Assembly (NCBI GenBank): GCA_900088475.1
Contig: FLMG01000355.1
Location: forward strand, 326,275 to 390,274
DNA: 64,000 nucleotides
Reading direction: 5' to 3'
Source: Hyphochytrium catenoides
Lineage: Eukaryota > Protista > Hyphochytriomycota
Below the pieces are notes generated by a model. The model was given only the letters and a program-made list of their open reading frames with translations. It made no database searches and was not told the DNA's origin. The stretch's first letter is position 1. Each line of letters opens with the position of its first letter. The position numbers and the translations under genes are program-made. This document shows positions 62,871-64,000 of the stretch, one piece after another.

Positions 62871-63063
62871 GCGGAGTTTGAGTAGGAAGAAAAAGAGTTG
62901 ACCATAGTGCAAGAATTGAGAGAGCAGGACATTTACCCAGCGAGTCCAAACTTGCAGAATTGTCCATGTCCCCTTCGAACCCTGCTGCTCGCTTGTGAAG
63001 GATGTCCATTACGGCCTCCAGCTTCTCCTTAAGGGCAACGTCCTCGCGATCCACTGCTTTCAT
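60304..63063 (-). CDS. SOAT1: Sterol O-acyltransferase (ACAT/SOAT, MBOAT family), multi-exon
   Basis: FEARESLL..IDHYQTIFNI; CEQTRMSMKMHAYFRE; FMWIPTLVYRTNYP; FADRQFYEDWWN..FYRKWNGVVHDWI; catalytic ISAVIHEYII; WNIFMW. Confidence 0.93.
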
Positions 63064-63262
63064 TTCTCTATAGGTTCCAAGCACAAAGAGAGAAGAGACA
63101 TGCAGCGCAGCAAGTGAGGGAAGAGAAAGCGCAAGGTGCCATCAGGATGCCAACATAGGGATTCTTCATAGAAAAAGGAAGAAGAAGATAAGGAGAACTA
63201 GGCTCATCCTGAACGCTCATTACACTCTGAACGGATTGCGCCCATCGCTCACGCCTACCTCT

Positions 63263-63264
<2 letters not shown>

Positions 63265-63297
<33 letters not shown>

Positions 63298-63310
63298 ACT
63301 CTTTCTCTCT
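63265..63310. repeat. (CT)n microsatellite upstream of SOAT
   Basis: Directly visible. Similar tracts at ~6001-6065, ~11750-11800 and ~62829-62867. Confidence 0.9.
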
Positions 63311-63879
63311 TACAGTCCCTCTGCATTACCCCTACTAATGTCACTGGCCTGTCTAACTCGCTTTCGGCCCCTCTGTCTGCTCACTCATATGAAAGAGCGA
63401 AAAAGTAGTTTACCTCTTGCCGCGGCGCGGCTTCGTCTGAGTGTCTGCTTCAGACATATTTACCGTCCGATGATGTGGAGAATCTCAGAGGTCAATGTGC
63501 TGAACAAGCAGGCTTGGAAGGCTAGAGGAAAAGCGTTAACTGAGCTTCTGATAGCCAGGAGCTTGCACCTCAGAAGTCTTGAGAAAGGCAAGCCTAGCCC
63601 GTGCCCTCTTTCTCTTCTTCTCTCTACCTTCTTTCCTTTCTCTCTCTCCACCTGGCTCAGTCACGCCAGCCGCTGTGGTTGACAGGACAGAGACGAAGCT
63701 TCCGGAGAGTGCGGGGGGAGAGCAAGCACTGTTCTATAGCGAGTGACAGAGATTGGAGAGGAAGAGAGATAGATGGATTGCTATGTCGGATGATGGGGGA
63801 AGGAAAAAGAATCGAAAGGAGAGAAAAGATGAGGAGATGTCGATGAACGAAGTGTTGGAGGTACGGAGATAGAAAAGGG

Positions 63880-64000
63880 GGAGAGAGGCCAGAGGGGAGA
63901 GAGAGAGTGCGACAACGACAGACCAGTTAGGGCGAGAGAGACAGAGAGACAGAGAGAGAGAGAGAGAGAGTGTGAGAAAGAGAGAGTGAGTGTGAGAGAG
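63880..64000. repeat. (GA)n-rich microsatellite
   Basis: Directly visible GA/GAGT tract at the window end. Confidence 0.9.

Overview
Eukaryotic, intron-rich, gene-dense nuclear DNA read with the standard code. Introns are GT-AG with at least one GC-AG, and there are (CT/GA)n tracts and three small N gaps. Several proteins resemble oomycete/stramenopile families (GH17 with a Cys-rich tail, a CxYxxGKC...LCxxHR putative regulator, a single-Sushi secreted protein, a Drosha-clade RNase III), so an oomycete-like organism is inferred, not proven. About 17 protein genes were spliced by hand: FG-GAP/CRTAC1-like (partial), myristoylated EF-hand, GH17 glucanase, organellar YchF/OLA1, AP2-domain protein, PCF11, a C3H-type regulator, a hidden 6-exon small gene, a signal-peptide SET/LSMT-like protein with degenerate active-site motifs, Drosha-like RNase III, a multipass membrane protein, a ~1600-aa helical orphan, an At5g03900/cyanobacterial-type membrane protein, CBS-PB1, a CPI-motif protein, a Sushi protein and SOAT/ACAT, plus tRNA-Leu(CAA). 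The most unusual signal is non-coding: three intergenic islands (~1.5-2.6, ~4.5-5.3, ~34.4-36.0 kb) look saturated with 3-4 nt tandem micro-duplications. Internal repeat copies (a ~225-nt hairpin and a short tandem repeat) differ by such +3 nt stutters, suggesting a localised cut-and-fill or footprint-type mutational process. Gene models and family assignments come from motif recognition only; no database searches were run.
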